From Amphiscolops sp. MND2022 (lineage: Eukaryota), in assembly GCA_964187785.1 (NCBI GenBank), contig OZ076416.1, positions 21,948,001 through 22,012,000 of the forward strand: DNA of 64,000 nucleotides, read 5' to 3'. Below are positions 36,990 to 50,199 of this stretch, piece by piece. How positions within the stretch are numbered: position 1 is the stretch's first letter; each line of letters opens with the position of its first letter. Below the pieces are notes generated by a model. That model searched no databases, was not told where the DNA came from, and was given only the letters and a program-made list of their open reading frames with translations. Both the position numbers and the translations under genes were made by a program.

Positions 36990-39460
36990 TCAAATTCGGG
37001 CGGGCTAAAAAAACTTCACAGGCACGGATTTCCATGAGCGGCCATCAAGAGAAATCTTTTCCGACAAGTATCTGTACCAATTGGGGAAGCTTGGTGCTGC
37101 TAGAAACAGCAGTAACAGGGGTTTCAAACAGGTTCGACTATCGTTTTGGATGAAGAACGCTTCTTGACAAGTGTTCGCAGCAGTCTTATTTCACAGAGAA
37201 GCTGGCAGAAATAAGTCAGATGAAGGTTATAGGTCAATCGGTAATTGGGCAATACGATTCAGCAAGTTGAAAAGAAGGTGTTTGATACTTACATTCAAAC
37301 ATTTTTTTTCAAAGGTACTGTTCATATGGTAGGGATGAGCACAATCGTGAGTTGTCAGTGAACACTCTGATTGGATCGGGTTTCCACTACAAATTCGTTA
37401 CATCGGAGGTTGTAACGTTGGTTTCTAAGGCAACAAAGTTAGTGCCGTCAGCAGGAAGTTCGAATGGAATTTTCCTCAACCATTCCAGTGTGACATTAAA
37501 GATTTTGAAAGTTTACTGGAAACGTGGATGGAGTTCAGAGCGGGGTACGGATAATCTCTCGATTCCTTCTGGAAACTGGAAACCTTAGACATTAAAGAGA
37601 ACGAAAACCTTGTTTTGGGTGTGTGACTTCGAAAACTCTGTTGAAGACAACGGCGAGTTGTACATCCCTGAGTTTTCGTGCAAGTGAAACGAGCAGTTCT
37701 TGAAGAACTACAAAACGTTGACAATGGGGAGGTACTTGGGCAAGCTGGAATGCATATTAGAATCGAAGTGACAATTGGTCCATAAGCTTAGAGTTTCTGG
37801 GAGGAGGAAAAACTAGTGGAAAATTGTTCAAGGCTCAGGGTTTTATGAAATTTCTACCGCTTTCATCTTTCTTTAGTAGAGTGCTCTCACCTTCGTAGAG
37901 AAGTATCTGAACACGACAAGCTCAAATAACGAGTGGATATTGGAATTGTCTCCAGTGTCTATGATCCGTGTGCATTGGATTAGTCAGTGGTGGTGGATGA
38001 TTTAACTTAGGTCTCTTTCAAGGCTGGTGTCCCAGCACTATAAGAGAAGAACTAGGCAGTTGTTCGAACGCGAGATTTAAGGGTTGGTGACCTACAGGAA
38101 AAACTGGCCTGTGCCAAGTGCCAGTGTTTTTCAAGCAAGAAGATGTCTTTAGTTTCTGGAGAAGTTCGAGAAGATTCACGTCAAAATGTCGGCGTTTGCG
38201 CTTTGCGATTCAGGGGGTAGGTAGTTTGCGAATGGTACGGCAAAGACATCAAGCTGTGTCAGGTTGTAGATGTTCTCCTGGGCGTTTAGGAGCGTTCACA
38301 GGAAATGAGATTCAGAAAGAGGAAACAATGGTTAAATAAGACAATTCTCGCAGTGGTACAAAAGACAGCGTATCGAGTAGACCCCAGTTTTCTCACGAAC
38401 TGAACAGGCGCACATCCAACCAGGGTATAAGAATTGAGACTCCTTCATCAGTGAAGGCCAGGTTGATCAGGTGTCAATCAAGGTTCAAGGAATCTTAGAT
38501 TTTTTGTAACGACGTCAAAAATCCGATACTTTTTCCACAGGTGATTACATCCACGGATTTGATTACCACACATCACCACAAGAAGTTAAAGCAGGGGTTA
38601 GAACGATGCACAGTTAGTGTTTTACGGGAAGGGCTATGGGTAATAAAAGCTAGACAGCAGGCTCGGCGGTTGATCGATAAATGTTACTTTTGCATGCGCT
38701 TTTGTCAGAGAAGTTTTGAAGTTGCAGAACAAGCGAACGGGAAGGTTGTCATTTTCAACATCGTTTACCCTTATCGGGGTAGATTTTGTGAGACCTTTAA
38801 ATCTGAAATTCTTTGATCCGGAAGTTAGAAGCGACAAAGTTGAAAACTGTCATTACACTTGCGCTTATGCAAGGGCAGTACGCTTGAAATTACACGAAGC
38901 CTTCAAACAATTCATAGCAATGAGTGGGGAGGAAGACAAAGCACGACTTATTTGGTCAATAGCAGGACTATGTACAAGCGAAAAAGGCAAAGTTTTAGAG
39001 CGTTTTCTTTGTCAGAACGTTCTTCATACTGACATGAAATGGAATTTTCCAGCGGTGCTAGCACCTTGGAAGGGAGGTTTAGGGAAAGATTGTTGAGGCA
39101 ATCAAGGTCGAAGCAGTTATAAAAAGTCGCTCCTTGGGTTACTCATGCCTGGATGATTCTCCAGGTTGTCTTCCACTTCTTCTTATCTGGTGGATGGAGG
39201 AAGCCTTCTGGAGTCTGCAGTCATTATTCTTGAAATTTCCAAGCTACATTGAGCCGTTTCAGTTTTCCAATGCATCATATAATTCATCATGTTTTCTGCC
39301 GATAGAAATCGACATTGTTTTACTCAATGACAAGAGTCTCCGCCACTGCTGGCGCTTGAAACTTTCTAAACTATCACAGGAGTAAGACAGGCAAGCCAGA
39401 GCACCAGAGGGGATTTGTTCTGGAAAAACATTCCAGATGCTTGTTCAATTGATTCCACGT
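36990..39460 (+). mobile_element. Degenerate BEL/Pao pol remnant (PR, RT/RH, INT)
   Basis: RTLLDKCSQQSYFTEKLA (protease-like, about 37155-37205). HHHKKLKQG..LREGLWVIKARQQARRLIDKCYFC (integrase zinc domain, ORF 38541-38816). FTLIGVDFVRPL and KWNFPAVLAPWKGG in ORF 38716-39096. Confidence 0.78.
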
Positions 39461-39858
39461 TTAGAAGAATTGTTAGAAAAAAGTTGTTGCAAAACTGTTA
39501 ATTTTAAGGGGAAATCAATTTGCTACTGTAAAATGTTGTGATCTCAACCCGACAGCCAGGTACAATTTTTTACCCTCTGAAGTCTTTTTTTCTTTGCTGT
39601 CGGGAGACTTTCGGAATTCATGCTTAGAAATATTGTATGGAAACTTTCTCAGACCGGAATCAACAGAAACCCGAACTGAAAACTTTCTGACATCAGTTGT
39701 GCTTGTTCAAAATAGATATTTTGATTCTGTTTCTGTCGAATGTGTTGAGTGTTTTTGCCCAAAGAAAGTTGTTTACGTAAAAAGAAACCTTTTTCGTAAC
39801 AGTGTATATCAGGATATGCAAAAATTTATGGTAAGTAACTATGTGAATTTCATTTCAG

Positions 39859-39952
39859 CATCTCACCATCAGTCTCAACACTAAACCAATCAAGCACGGA
39901 TTTGGAGACTTGTCAGAACGGTCCTTACAACAGAAACAGGATTGCAGATTCG
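39859..39952 (+). CDS. Candidate upstream exon of the same protease gene
   Basis: catttcag acceptor and gtaacg donor. The frame ISPSVSTLNQSSTDLETCQNGPYNRNRIADS ends in phase 0, compatible with the 40232 exon. Confidence 0.35.
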
Positions 39953-40231
39953 GTAACGTTTCTTTCATTTTTTAAACATGCCTAAAGAACCATTTAGATG
40001 CCTATGTCATGACAGAAAACGTTAAGGAAGAAAACGTCAAAATGTTGTGAATATGCTTTTGATAGTTAGCAACAGACATTGGAGCTCGCACTGACGATAC
40101 CTTTAATTTTCGTATGAAATATAGACTCAATTTTAAATGTCTCAGAATAATCGCTAAACATTAATTCAGCGTGTTCTTTGTAGATGAATCAAATTGGTTA
40201 ACTCGGTTTGACCAACTTTCGTTTTCTTCAG

Positions 40232-40380
40232 CCTGGATGCGAGTTAGTTTACTCGAAAACCGACCCCACCAAAGAACCAATCAGAGTGTGCTTCAAAATC
40301 AGCACCCATGGTCGTATCATCAACGGGGTCGATGCGCGACTGGAGGATCATCCTTGGGCTGTTTTCATCAAGTTTTGCAG
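40232..40380 (+). CDS. Exon of a probable trypsin-like (S1A) serine protease gene: propeptide end and activation site
   Basis: A polypyrimidine acceptor ttttcttcag ends at 40231. The exon reads PGCEL..RVCFKISTHGR|IINGVDARLEDHPWAVFI, with R-IING cleavage, the HPW motif and an upstream Cys. The 3' boundary is uncertain. Confidence 0.7.
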
Positions 40381-41679
40381 TGAATCACGCGGCAAAGACA
40401 AGTTACTCTCATTTCTTGTTCATTAAAAGTGATCTCATTAAACTCTTTTGAAAATGAAAAAAAAACAACTTTGGAAGATTAATTGCTTTGTCTACAGATG
40501 TTTAAAGATTTTCTGTACAGGTTCTTATGATTTATTCGGCAACTTCTAGGGAAACAATGCATTTTAGTTTTGGGCTTTTCAACTACGTTAAGAAGTATTT
40601 TAACAATTTCAAAACGGTTCACTCAAATTATTTGACATTTGAGAAATCTCCTTTTGACATCATTGGTTTAGACCTCAAAAACTCTTGGAAAAAAACATTA
40701 TCCTCGACAGTACACCGAGAAGTCGAAAAATTGACAAAATTTTGGCAAAATTTTTTCAAAGCTTCATTTCTCCACAAATAATAGCCGCAGCTCCAATCGG
40801 TTTTCTGTTCCTGAAAGCCCTTTATCTAAGCTTTCAAATGCACACTAGTTAGGTCGCGAGTTGGCGCCACTTGTTGGGGTGAGAGCGCCAGCCCGGCGGC
40901 GCGGGCCCGGCTGCACCGCGCCTTTCAAATATAGTTTGAACTCATAACTGAAGCTTCATTGAAAAAATGCGTTTTCAATGGTGGCAAACTGTGTTACTAG
41001 AGTGGGACAGTAACATAGCAAACATTGCCCAGTTATTGAGAAAAAAAAACGAATCTTCTGAAATGTACTTTTTTGCAATTTTTCACTTTTTTCAATTATT
41101 TTTTTGCCAGTGGCTCGGAAAAAAACCTATATTGACACAAAGAACAATTCACACCAGATAGTCCAATACATTGTCGATAAGAAAGACAATTTTTCGTTTT
41201 CCTCTATGATTTTTGCGTGTCGTAATTTATTATTGATTGCGAAAAAAATCGCTGTCCTCATTTGAGGACGATATCACTGTCGAGGTTATGAACATGAATT
41301 TCAGTATGAAAAAGTAGTAAGATGAAAAAAATTCACTAAAACTGATGCACAAAAAACAAGAGAATTATTGCACTTGTATTTGGGCATTTCCAACTATTTC
41401 AACAAAGAACGAAAACTTCAACTTCATCACGAAATCATTTTTGCTCAAAACCTTGTCTTTGAATTTTCTTCAGAAACAGCAGCATGAAACGCAGTTGCTA
41501 ATTAAAAAACGTCTGGTTGTTAGTGTAATTTGCTTATCTTCAAGTAAGGGTGCGTTTATCTGTTCTAGGAAATGTGAATTCTGCACTGGTTCAATAATTT
41601 CAGAGACATCTGGTGAGTTGAGTTCCTTATTCTCCGAATTAGTGAGTAAATTCAAGTCGAACTTTCATACAATTTCTGC

Positions 41680-42855
41680 AAGAATCTGCCAGGTTTCACT
41701 TCCAAGAAGTTGGAAGACAATTTACTTATTCTTGCAGGTATTTTTGAAGATCTTGAAAAAAATGTCTGATCTTGCAAGATCTTGCAAGAAACGTCTGAAA
41801 CTTAGAAGAACTTGGAAGAAAGTACCGGATCTTGGAATGAACTCGGAAGACAATGTCTGAATCCTGAAAGTAACTTGGAAAACGAGTTTGAAACATTTCA
41901 ATTGGAAGATTTTTACAGCATCAGCAAAACAAATGAAGATAAACATAGATAGGTACACTTATTTAAAGATTTCAGTATAATAGGGTTCGACATATGTTAT
42001 GAGTTTGTTGATGTCAAATGGACTGAAGGTCCAACAATCAGTGGCGAACTACTCTGGAGGTGGTTTGCTGATTCTGTCTTCATGCCTAAGACAGAAAAAC
42101 ATCGCAGTGGGGTGGTTGCACTGACGTATGTTACATCACACTGTACATAAACACTTGAGTGTTTCCTTCAATATGACCCTCCCAAATTAGGACGCGGCTC
42201 AACCGGCAGTCCTAGGTCACCATTGTGACAAACGTGCAGCTCCCAAAACCGGTAGTTCTAAATTATACAACCTATCTTTCAACAACTTCGGTCACATTTG
42301 AGTCGACGCGACTACATATACCAGACAACATGAAGTCTTCCATCATATCATATGCCGGTGAGTGTTGTTCAGCATTTGCATTAAGTTTTATATGCAATTT
42401 GAACATATTCTTGGCTTAAAATTGAAGAAACAATCTTGAAATTTTCATTACATTCTAGACACAATCCTGCAGATTTTTTTTCTAGTTTTCCGACATTGTC
42501 TTGCCATATACGCTCATGAATCTTGCAAGAATTGTCTGGGGTTGCAAGCATCTTGCAAGAATCGTTCGCATCTGCAAGAAATGCCTGATTTGACAGAATC
42601 TGACAAGTTTGTTTGACTTGTAAGAGACTTGCAAGATAATAATAATAATTCATTTTATCAGAGGGCATAAATAACAGACAATAAATTAGATTAAACAAAA
42701 CGAATTAACAAAGAAGCCCCTGAAAAGGACCCCTAAAAGCACTAGGGTTTTCAAGAGGGAACCTTATATACTTGCAAGATTTTTGCAGATAATGTCTGAT
42801 ATGTTCCACTTCTGTAAGATTCATACAAGAAATCTATAGAAGTTCGACTGGGGGA
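41680..42855. repeat. Degenerate repeats of the CAAGATCTTG / TGCAAGA family
   Basis: gatcttgcaagatcttgcaaga (about 41769-41790) and further tcttgcaaga units at 42520-42850, ending ttcgactggg. Confidence 0.5.
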
Positions 42856-43441
42856 AAATACATACAAAATTTTGAGGAATTCGTTCGATTAATTACTTTT
42901 CCAGATTTACCAGTTGAATCTGAAAAAGTCTTGTTTTGAGTATCACATACACAACCATCCAAATTGAAGTGTTGTCAGATTCGAATTTGTTGAGTTGAAG
43001 CTAATACCTAGGTGAACCTTTTTTTCAAAGCAACTTTGCATGATGCATTTCAGCTAGTAAATAGTTTAAACTTGTAAATAATTTTTTCCGAAGCTAAAAA
43101 CGTTCAGGCATCAAAATTGAGAACGAAATTATCAGAAGAAGACATTAAGACACCTCTCATAAAGGTTCACACAATCCTTAGTTGATCCGAATGCGTAATG
43201 ATAGCTCCATTTTAAATGATTGACAAAAACGTGAATCAAGTTACTATTTTAACTGAAGACTTCATCAAAAACAAGTGCTTAAAACAAATGAGCAACAGTT
43301 AGTGTAATTATATGTTGATTGACAGTTTTGACTCTCACCACATTCAAAAACAACTTGCATACACATCTTGCATGTCCCATCTTGCTCTAAAATTCATGAG
43401 CCTAGAGGAAACATGAGCCAGCTTATTGCATTTTGTCTCAA

Positions 43442-44852
43442 AGTTGGAGAATGCGGTGATAAATTCGTTAATACCTTGCCGTTTCTAAGTTCTTTCGCTG
43501 TCTCAATACTCATATGAGAGGAAAAGTACGAAAGTAGGATAAGAGTTGAATTGTGAAAGAATGTAGTTTAAGGTCAATCGATTGTATACGTTTGAGAGCA
43601 GGTAAGGCAAGTACTCGTACAGTGTACCTATAGCGTTGAGTGAGTTAATCGGCGGCCCCCTCACCAGATCGATGGTAAGACTCAATTCTTACCATCGCTT
43701 CATTCTCATTGGTCGTTGGGTATGGTGCTAATTAGCACTTGGTCATGTGACCGGTTTCCTGCATGTCGCAAGAGGGCTACCAACTAGAAATCGCGCGCTA
43801 AATCCATTTGAATCAATTAACCCGAATTTATAATGAACTAACACCGACAGGCGCGTGTCCTGAGTCATGGTGGTTACTGCAAGTGCGCTAAATTGATGTA
43901 AAATGGACAGAAATCAAGTTCTGAACTTCGGAGATGTATAAATGATAATTTGCTAGCACTGAATGAATTACAAGGTAAAATACAACAAGTTTTGTCGTTT
44001 CTCCATCCTTTTACACCAGTTGATCACATTAGTATGGTAGTAGATGAAGTACAGATGAAAGGGGTCTGCGTGATCAACTAGATGTGAAAACGATGAATCG
44101 TGTGAGCAGGGGAGGGTAATTCAATAGGTGGGAGTAGTTTCATCGTTTCTTCATCGGCAGTGACTTTCGTCCTTTGCGATGTCTAAACGATTTAAGATTT
44201 TCATCATTTCTTCATCTCTTGTATGTTCGTGTTAACCTAACAATTATTAACGATGTATAAACGATGAAACATTTCCATCGGTTTTACATCGTCGTGTAAG
44301 TTAGTGTCAATTGAAGAAACAACAAGTTCCATCGGTTTCACATCGTCATTCTAAATTCTCTTTCCTGGCTGTGCTATGTGGCCAGACGATGTAATATAGA
44401 TGAAACTTGTTTACTTTGTACTAGAATAAGTGATTCAGCACAGATTCCATCGTTTTAGCATCTTCAATCGATTATTAGACTTGTCACGTTAGTTTGCTCT
44501 GAGGCAGGAGATTCCTAACAGACTTAGTTCTATTTTCTCCATTTAGCGGTCCAGTTTGACCGAGAAAACTATCTTCCTTTCTCGTGACAAGCCATTGAAT
44601 ATAAAATAGCATCATTTGCTTATTAGCACGATCATGAATTGCGGACAAACGGAACTAGAATGCTCAGTATTAAATAAATAAATAGCTCAAATCTCATTGG
44701 GGAAATAGGGGATTAGGTACAAGTAACGTAGGGTTGCTCACAACCATAGATCTTATTATATGACATCATATTGCCCATATCTAAGTACATAAGACATATT
44801 ATTTACATTACAGATATTTAGTAGATTATATTTCTATCATGCTGGCATGACA
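43442..44852 (-). repeat. 3' LTR (the repeat also includes the gag start region)
   Basis: Colinear with 57632-58896 but carries extra blocks of about 95 bp and about 60 bp. On the minus strand it is preceded by CCCCCCGGGAG and begins TGTCATGCCAG. Confidence 0.9.
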
Positions 44853-45808
44853 CTCCCGGGGGGATTTCGAAGGGGAGCGCAGGGGACAAATGTGCAGAGG
44901 ATGGTTGTCGCAGCGTGGGCTTTAACATTTTCCTTCGTTGGTCTCAGGGGAGTGGCCTTCGTTGGTTCTCAAATGTTTGGTGCCTTCGTTGGTTTTGTCT
45001 CATTTGTATCTTCTCTGAGAAGGAGACGTCTTTCATCGGGTTAATATCGGCTGTGAACTTGGTTATTTCGGTTAAAGTTGGACGCGTCAGTTCTAGTTCT
45101 TGGTCCGTCGATTGTCCGCGGATCGGCTTCTTGGCTGTCAGGAGTGGATGTAGAATCTCGTTTTATAACTGGTGAGTGTTGGCAGAGGTGAGGTCATTGT
45201 TGGTTGATTAGTTGAAGAGAGTGAAATAACATGTGAAGAGAATATGAATGAATTAGCGATGGAATTTCATAAGAGGCGTGAATGAAAATGACGTAATAAT
45301 GATTGAAAGGCTGCGGTATAAATTCCAACTGTGTGCGAGGAGAAAACATTCAGTTAGCATAGTTAGTCATTAAGTCAATAAGGTAGCCACAATTTCGAGT
45401 GAGTCTTTCCGCTTAGTGTGTAAATCATTCAAATTGCTAACGACGCTGGCAGATCCTTATCTAACATTTTGAGGAGACTTTCACTGAATTTTGAGTAAAT
45501 TATTGTAGTCAAACTATAGTTTCCTCGGCTAGTTGGTGGAAGGAGATGAAGAATATGCATCGAATTTGAAGAATTTTGATCAGATTTTCCTCTTTTGACT
45601 TCAGTATTGTTAGATGTAGTCGAAACGTTGTTTTGTTCCTTTGAAGATGTTAGATATTATCGGTTTCATATCACGGTTGATCAGGCCATCATATTAGTCG
45701 ATTATCCATGTTTCCATTTCTACAAATTGATTGTTTATTAATCATCTACCTTCATTCTTGTTCTATTTTTTCAGATTGCAATCGTTGTTTCTGTTCGCTA
45801 TCGTCAAG

Positions 45809-48800
45809 ATGTCTGACAATAGAGATTCGTATTGTGAGTTGGATCCATTTAGTGAGTCATCGCTCTGTCATCGTTACTACTGTTATGGAGTTGGGGCAAC
45901 TGTAATGTACGTCATTATTTGTTTAGCTGGAGGAGAATGGTTGACACCATCTGCGTCTGGCATGGCACCATCGGGGTCTGGGAGCCCGAGAGTCTACACT
46001 GAGTTGACAGGAGTGGGTCCGATTCCCCCTGTACAGACTCCCATAGTCCATCATCCTCTCATGCCCGTGTATCCACAGAGTGAGTCTTCTATCGTCAGTT
46101 TATCGTTTCCATCGTTTATTCACCGTCGAACAAATCACAATGTTATTTCAGTGTATACTCCTTGGCAACAGTCTCTCGGATCATTGTCATTGGGCTGGTA
46201 TGATGGTTACTTACGTGGCACAGTTCGAGAAGAGCTGGCTAATTCCAGTCAGTCAAAATTTCTTTGGTTTTCGGGAGCAGGTTGTCTTTTTCTTGCATTA
46301 AGACCGGATCGCATACGTTTCATCTGTTTTCCATCGTATCTGCGTTAGTGATGTCGGAACGATGAATACTGTTGCTTTTAGTCCAGAGAGAGATAAGAGG
46401 TTTGGAGCGGCCAATCGTTCGGCATGTGGTGTCTGTTGCGTGTGGCGCTGAGTATTCAGGGGCTCCCCAGGATATCGCTACACAGACGAGGCGAGAGTTC
46501 GTCATTGGGTCGTCTTCCAACGGTGAAGGAGAGTCAGGATCGGCCAGTACTGAAGGGCCAATGGAGACTGGCGGCTCTAGTGTAGAGGCTGTCGTGGTCG
46601 CTGCTGGTGAATAAGAAACGTCTGATGGTGTTGACGGGTCAAGCGTGTCTGTCGTCAGCAGTCCTCTCACGAGTAATGCAGTGGCTACTGGTAGTCGTCC
46701 TGTTCGTTCAGGTAAACTAAACAACTTCAACGATCATGTGATTTACTGTAATTCCAACATGTTTTCGTTACCTAATTACTTAGGTTGCTTTTAAAGCTCT
46801 GACCTAGGTACTGTAGTTTAGTTGTTTGTTTTGGTAATTTTGCCTCATTTTTCGTTTGTGATTTTTCAGTGGCGTTTTTGCGCCGTTTTAGTGCGTTGGT
46901 TGACTATTTTTTCAATAAAACATCAGTTTTTCATCTTTTCGGGTTCTTCAGATTTGTTCTGAGTAAAAACATCGTTTTATCATCGTTTAGACAAGAAGAG
47001 TGTTCTTTCGTTCGTTCTCTGTTAGAGAGGGGTTTCATCGTTTTCTCATCAGTTTTCTGTTTTAGTCGCGAAAAACAGCGTCCGTTCAAGTTGGTTCCAG
47101 CACGAGTATGTGGGAATGTCGCTGGGCTTTGCACGAGATCACAAGTCATCAGAGGCGTATGTGCGTTGTCTTCTCTGCAAGTGCGACTTGAAGGTTGGGA
47201 GTCGCGGAATCTCTACCTACTTAGAGCACTGTCGTGGAGTCATCCATCACAAGCTAGACTGTTTGGTGCGTTCCCGGCGTGGTTTAGTATTGCGTCGACG
47301 AAGCGGGGCGCTGATGAGTGCTGCCGAAGCGGCTGTGATGGAAGAAGAGCTCAGGGGCTTGTCGTTGCCGGAAGTGGTAGTTTGTCCGCCCTTCTCTGTC
47401 AGAGAAGTGTTTGCAGTCGAGGCGAGAGGCGAGAGTATCTGGAATTCAGGTGTACCTGAAGTGCCTGATAACGAGCGGAGCCTGAGACTCTTTTTATGTT
47501 TCGTTCTGGATGCGTTGTACCGAGGTGGAGACGTCACGAGTCTCGCCCAACTGTGGGATTCGGTTGCGACTACTGATGTGTCGTATCAGAGCTTGTTAAG
47601 CGGTGGTTGTCGGAAAGAAGATGTTGTGGTAAGGATGTTTTACATGTGTTACATGAATTACATGTTTTGTTTTTCTCTGCTTTATATATTTGTACATGTG
47701 TTTCGTTCAGAGGGTGTTTGTAATTATGCTATTGGTTGTTGTAGATTATTCTCGCTTTAGACTATACTAGGTTGATTGATTTAGGCCGTATTGGTGTTCG
47801 GAGTTTGGCCGCATGTGGTGCGTTCGATTTCCACAGACTGGTGTGCCGGGAATAGTGTTGGATTCTATGTGGAGCTTGACCGAAATGTGCTGCGTTGTTC
47901 TGTCACAGTGGCGGAAATGGGCATGTTACGTGGATATATCCTGTTTGAAGTAGGAGCTAATGGGCAGTGGGAGAAGAGAGCGGCGGACTGGATCGCAAAT
48001 TACTGGTGTGTCATGTTGGAGGAACTCGAGCCTGTGGGAGTCAGTTGTTCTAGAAAGCCTGCACTCCGTAGATTGGTGGAGGGTGAGGACGGACGGGGCA
48101 GTGTGTCATTGGATCCAGTGCGTCTCGAGTCATTCACGCGTGTGATCACTGCCGCGGGGCTATCTGTGTTTCCTGGGCAAGAGGTTCACGTGGTCATGAA
48201 TTTTTTGTTGTCGAAACTACGCGATTGCCTGGCGGATCCCGTCCTAATAGATTGTCTAGATTGTCCTGCATTAGTGCGTGTAAGTGTGAATTGGTTTTCC
48301 TTCTGTTTTTTGAAAGAGCTACTTGTTTTTGATTCGAGGGATAGGGAGGTAGGTTGTTGCTGGGGTGAGACACATTGAGTTTCGCTCTAATTGGTTTGGT
48401 TGATTGTTTTAGTGCATAGTGTCAGGGGAAATATCAAATTGGGAGATCGTTGCAGTGCTGGAAGAAATACGAAAGTCTTGGGATAGTTTGATCGCCTTTG
48501 TGAGACAATTGGACCAATTGAGTGGCAGTGTGGATCCAATGCGGATGGAATTGCTAGTTCTAGAAGAGGCTGGATTGTCACTCAAATTTCATGTGGTCGG
48601 ATTGGTGTACACGCACGGTTATTATGAGTGTTTTATTGCTTTCAGAATTTTAGATAGGCCCATATGTTTGCATTTGGGATCTGATATAGGTTTCATCTAT
48701 TGTGTATCGTTTGTCTGCAGATTTGAGATACGAATGATAATAAGTAATGAATTTCATCGGTTAGGCATCGTCATTTCTTGGACGATCCTGTTCATCGTTT

Positions 48801-49765
48801 CTTTGTCTGTTTTAGTGTTGGAAGGACTGCAGCAAACGTTCAGTGATCGTCTGTATCGTGGCATTTACGGTGTGAGTGAGATCTTGAACGTGGTACGGCG
48901 ATTCTGTCTCATGGTGGCTGAAGACAATACAGTTCCTGAGTCGTACGAGTTGTGTCGATGGACCAACTTTGAAATTGGCAGTTTACGACTGAGTGCAGGA
49001 AAGGAGTCCTTGATGTTCAAAACTTTTGCGTCGCATCGGTCAAGGTATTCGTGTGGAGGCGAGTTTCAACATGCCGTTACCGTGGTGGAGGAATTTGTCA
49101 TCACCATTGCTATGAATCTCTTGCAATTGCCTCAGGTGTCAGATCGGACTAACATGGCTTTAGCTTGTTGGGGCCCAGATATGTTGGTGCATGCCAATAT
49201 TGATGAGATGGAAGAGATCCTGGGCTGTTATTTGGAAACGCTGGAGCGGAGTGGACGCCTTGTCGCGACAGACAGAACACCTAAGCTTGAGTCCTTCGTG
49301 CGATTTATCCGTCAGTTCAGGGATGATCATGGAGAAGACTATGATTCACAGACTCATGAGAGTGAGTTGTGGCAGTATGGATCAAAAGACTCAGTATTGT
49401 GCAGACTGATGCAGATATCTTTTTGTGTGAGTGGCAGTTTCAATCGAGTCTACAATTTCGTGGATTTTAGTCTGCCACATTTGTCGTCGGAGAATGTATC
49501 TAGCATGATTCGAACCATTTTGAGTTGGTGTCAGTCCCGAGGTGTGAGGAATTTGCAAAGTATTCCTGACGTTCTGGTTGCAGAGAGTATTGATGCAGTG
49601 GCATGCGCTATAGAACTCGGAGGAGTGAGTATGGACGACTTGTGGAATGAAGTCGGGATGTTATCGGCGGATGAATATAGAGAGTCAGTTTTTGAGCGGA
49701 TGGGATTGAACCCTGACGGTACTAGAGCTGCAAGTCCAGAAATTGGATGTGAACGTAGATTTTGA
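45809..49765 (+). CDS. Antisense spliced gene inside the Gypsy element; about 1000 codons; TTF/BED-like zinc finger, hAT-transposase-like; one in-frame TAA (46612-46614)
   Basis: Exons 45809-46079, 46382-46711, 47066-47628, 47785-48279 and 48413-49765. Donors are GTGAGT, GTAAAC, GTAAGG and GTAAGT, each paired with a T-rich AG acceptor; phases 1,1,0,0 all keep the frame. The zinc finger reads SSW..CLLCKCDLKVGSRGISTYLEHCRGVIHH. The family assignment is inferred. Confidence 0.72.
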
Positions 49766-50199
49766 AGGTTTTGATTTTTATTTGTTAGACTGTGAATTTT
49801 TTTGATTATATACACTTTTATTTTGTTTGGTAAGTGCAGAGCGCTTACATTGTATTGATATTTTTGGCCATTTGATTTTGTAGTTGGAGAGAGTTTGAAT
49901 TGATGACTTTTCAATTCGATGGATAATTAATTTCTACTCCGGTTTTTTTGTTTCGAGTAATTTCGAGGAATTTGTAAGGACTCGGGGTTTTTATTATGGT
50001 TTTATATACAGTTTATGTGGTTGCGAGATAGGGCATTATAGGAGCACTTTTGGAATGCATGTTTCGTTTGTATTTCTACTTAGGAGAGAATTGTTTTGTT
50101 TATATTACATGTGAGGCGTTTTTGTAGTGACTTTTGGCAATAGCGTTCATGTATGGGCTTTTATTCACATCTATTTACTGTTTTCATGTATTTTTGAGG

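Noticed and set aside
46320-46730. Minus-strand 136-aa ORF as a separate gene
   Set aside because: It is the shadow of the low-complexity plus-strand exon 46382-46711, which has compatible splice sites on both sides.
48620-48815. Transmembrane segment suggesting an env-like protein
   Set aside because: The hydrophobic residues come from a T-rich stretch bounded by GTAATG (48744) and ttttag (48815) that contains the intron-associated CATCG pair, so it is more likely an in-frame intron. The gene is also antisense and lacks a signal peptide or furin site.
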